64,000 nucleotides of DNA, from contig ML978130.1 of NCBI GenBank assembly GCA_010015805.1, positions 1,178,001 to 1,242,000 of the forward strand, written 5' to 3'. Under the pieces are notes generated by a model. The model had not been told where the DNA came from. It did no database searches and saw only the letters and a program-made list of their open reading frames with translations. The translations under genes and the position numbers were made by a program. This DNA comes from Rhizodiscina lignyota. Lineage: Eukaryota. Shown here piece by piece: positions 61,879 to 64,000 of this stretch. Every line of letters starts with the position of its first letter. Position 1 is the first letter of the stretch.

Positions 61879-62746
61879 TATCCTTGATGATCTGCAATTT
61901 GCGAGTCGATCTTAAGAGACACTAGGAGGTACGGAGTATGTAGGATCTAAATGACGAGACATATCTTAGATCATGGGTAACTTGACGCAAAAGGTCAAGT
62001 GGAACAACATCAGAAACTTCGACGCTCAACTGGACCTGTTGAGACGTAATGCAAAGGGCACCAGGGAGTGAGTAAACTGTACCGTATCCCCTAAAAGCAC
62101 ACGCTAAAGACTAGTCCATATTGGCACTAGCTCAGGCCAAAGTATCTGTTTCGGTTTCACCGGCCCAAAGCCTTCGAGGCATCAGTCTTCCTCACCAACT
62201 TTCGCCTCCCCTGGAGCACAGCTACCCATCTGTCACACTTTCTGGTGCGCTTCAGTGCGTCCATCATCCTCTCCTGCGGAGAGCCGATGTCGCGCTTGAA
62301 GCGTGCGCGTGGCTATGGAAGCCTCGACGGGGATCAATCATCACAGCATCAAAATATTGCGCCCGAAACGAAGGAAAAGGCACGTTCCTTGAGATCTCCA
62401 GTTAATTGGACTCTCTCACCATGAAGAACGATTTATATGTTCCGTCCTAAGCAGCGCATTTCGTGATGGTTCATCTTGCGGGCGCAAGCTCCACCTCAAT
62501 GCGCCCTCGATGGCGTCCGAACTGAGACTCGGGCATCTCACCCTTACGCACCAAGCACTCTCTTTAGTCTCAAACAAAGGAGAAGGGAAGCACGATTTCA
62601 CATTTCTGGACCTTAATTTTGCAAAGCTAACATTCCTTTATAATTGCCCGTACCTCATGCGCGAAACATCTTGGACCAAAGATGTACTGAGAATACTTAG
62701 GCTAATATTAATGTCACCAGCTTTCAAGCCCTAGTAGCGCAAACGA

Positions 62747-63283
62747 TCATTGCACTGTACATCCCCTTCGATCCTTTCCAGATCCTTCTCCTTCTTTCTC
62801 CGTTCCATTTGAGTTAATACTGCTGTTCTTTTCGCCGTGATCAAATTTCTTGATCCCGTAGATCAGCTTCGCGTCCTTGTTTTGTCGCAACAGAGCCCGA
62901 CATGCCTGCCACCCATCCTCGTCGTCGATCCGAATCGATTCTGATCTGTGGAAGTAGCAGACGACCATATTGACCGTCGGGTTGCCTTGGAGATGCAGCT
63001 TCTCTGAGTGCTTAAGTGCACGCTTAATCAATAGCTGTTCCAACTCCGCAAAGGTCATTCGTGCTGTTATCACGATCGCGTCTCGTTTCATCTGGTACTT
63101 CTTGGTCTTTGGCAATTTCCATTTGCCGTCTGGCTCGTAGACTACGAATGAGACTACGCATGGTTCACCATCTTCGTCGGTGATGTTGTGATTGTTCGAA
63201 TGAGTTGTATTGTGCTTTGTGGAGATCTTCGTTGATTCTTTGTCGGCGCCTTCGTAGGCTGGTGGTGCATCTGGTTCAACCAT
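62747..63283 (-). CDS. hypothetical protein
   Basis: 178-aa ORF; APPAY motif near the N-terminus; ends in CTVQ, a possible CaaX prenylation motif. Confidence 0.65.
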   Translation of the reverse strand: MVEPDAPPAYEGADKESTKISTKHNTTHSNNHNITDEDGEPCVVSFVVYEPDGKWKLPKTKKYQMKRDAIVITARMTFAELEQLLIKRALKHSEKLHLQGNPTVNMVVCYFHRSESIRIDDEDGWQACRALLRQNKDAKLIYGIKKFDHGEKNSSINSNGTEKEGEGSGKDRRGCTVQ

Positions 63284-64000
63284 TATATCCCAAAGAATTT
63301 TAGACCACGTATGTCGTGTATTCTAGACAAGGAAAGACTGGTTAATTAAGTTGATAGAAACAAGCCTTACGCTATGGTAAAGCTATTTGGGCCAATATCG
63401 AAATTAGAAAAATCCGATAGATGAAGGGCTCTGAATTACATACTGGAAACCTGCATAGAATGTGACGACATTTCTTGCACCCTTTGACCGGTGAATACCT
63501 TTCATGACGAATCATCATCAATGCTCCTCCTGCTGCTGCTTACAAGGGTACCATTCCTGACATTAATAGTTAATTTAGATTTGTTCAGAAATGGGCGTTA
63601 TTTGGCCTTCAACCACATGTTTTCTGTGCCGTAGAATGTTCGTGAGCCTGTCCGAAAGTCTGTTGAGCATAAATAAAGCGAAATCCCCCTTGAGATGCCG
63701 GAATTAGGAAATATCGTTATGATGATCGGGATCGCCATGTGATGACGGGATCTTGTCCATATTCTCCGCCCAGTCAGTGCTGGACATGGGTCTCGCACAG
63801 CCACACAGCCACGATCCTTCTCGATTTTCTCCGTACGTGCTTGAGCTCTCCACCCGAACTCAAGCGCGATAGGAGTTGGTTAAATTTTTGTCTTTGCACC
63901 ACACTCCTCCAAACTTAATGCAAATGTCGTTCCGTCCGTTCTCCAACAATAAACTTGGACGCAAGCTACTCTCTCGCCTGTCCGGAAGCCTATGAGGAAG

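Noticed and set aside
62078..62110. TACCGTA...CGCTAAAG resembling the MITE TIR
   Set aside because: Similarity limited to a few bases and no partner inverted repeat found.

Overview
Eukaryotic genomic DNA from a filamentous ascomycete (Pezizomycotina-type: short GT-AG introns with CTRAC-like branch sites, Zn2Cys6 regulators). About 30 genes. The left end holds the 5' part of a PDR-type ABC transporter. The rest looks like an accessory region: small regulator-plus-enzyme modules (Zn2Cys6/beta-carbonic anhydrase/NmrA; SDR/Zn2Cys6), possible detoxification enzymes (arylamine N-acetyltransferase, erythromycin-esterase family, SAM methyltransferase), transporters, secreted hydrolases, orphan ORFs, a Zn2Cys6 pseudogene and a 188-bp TA-flanked MITE. 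The best candidate for an undescribed system is a head-to-head pair at 20.8-28.4 kb: a NACHT (NLR-like) NTPase whose C-terminus is four C2H2 zinc fingers, and a Rad5/Rad16-type SNF2 ATPase with a RING finger. No rRNA, tRNA or CRISPR was recognised. Exon boundaries were inferred by eye and family calls come from motif recognition, not database searches.
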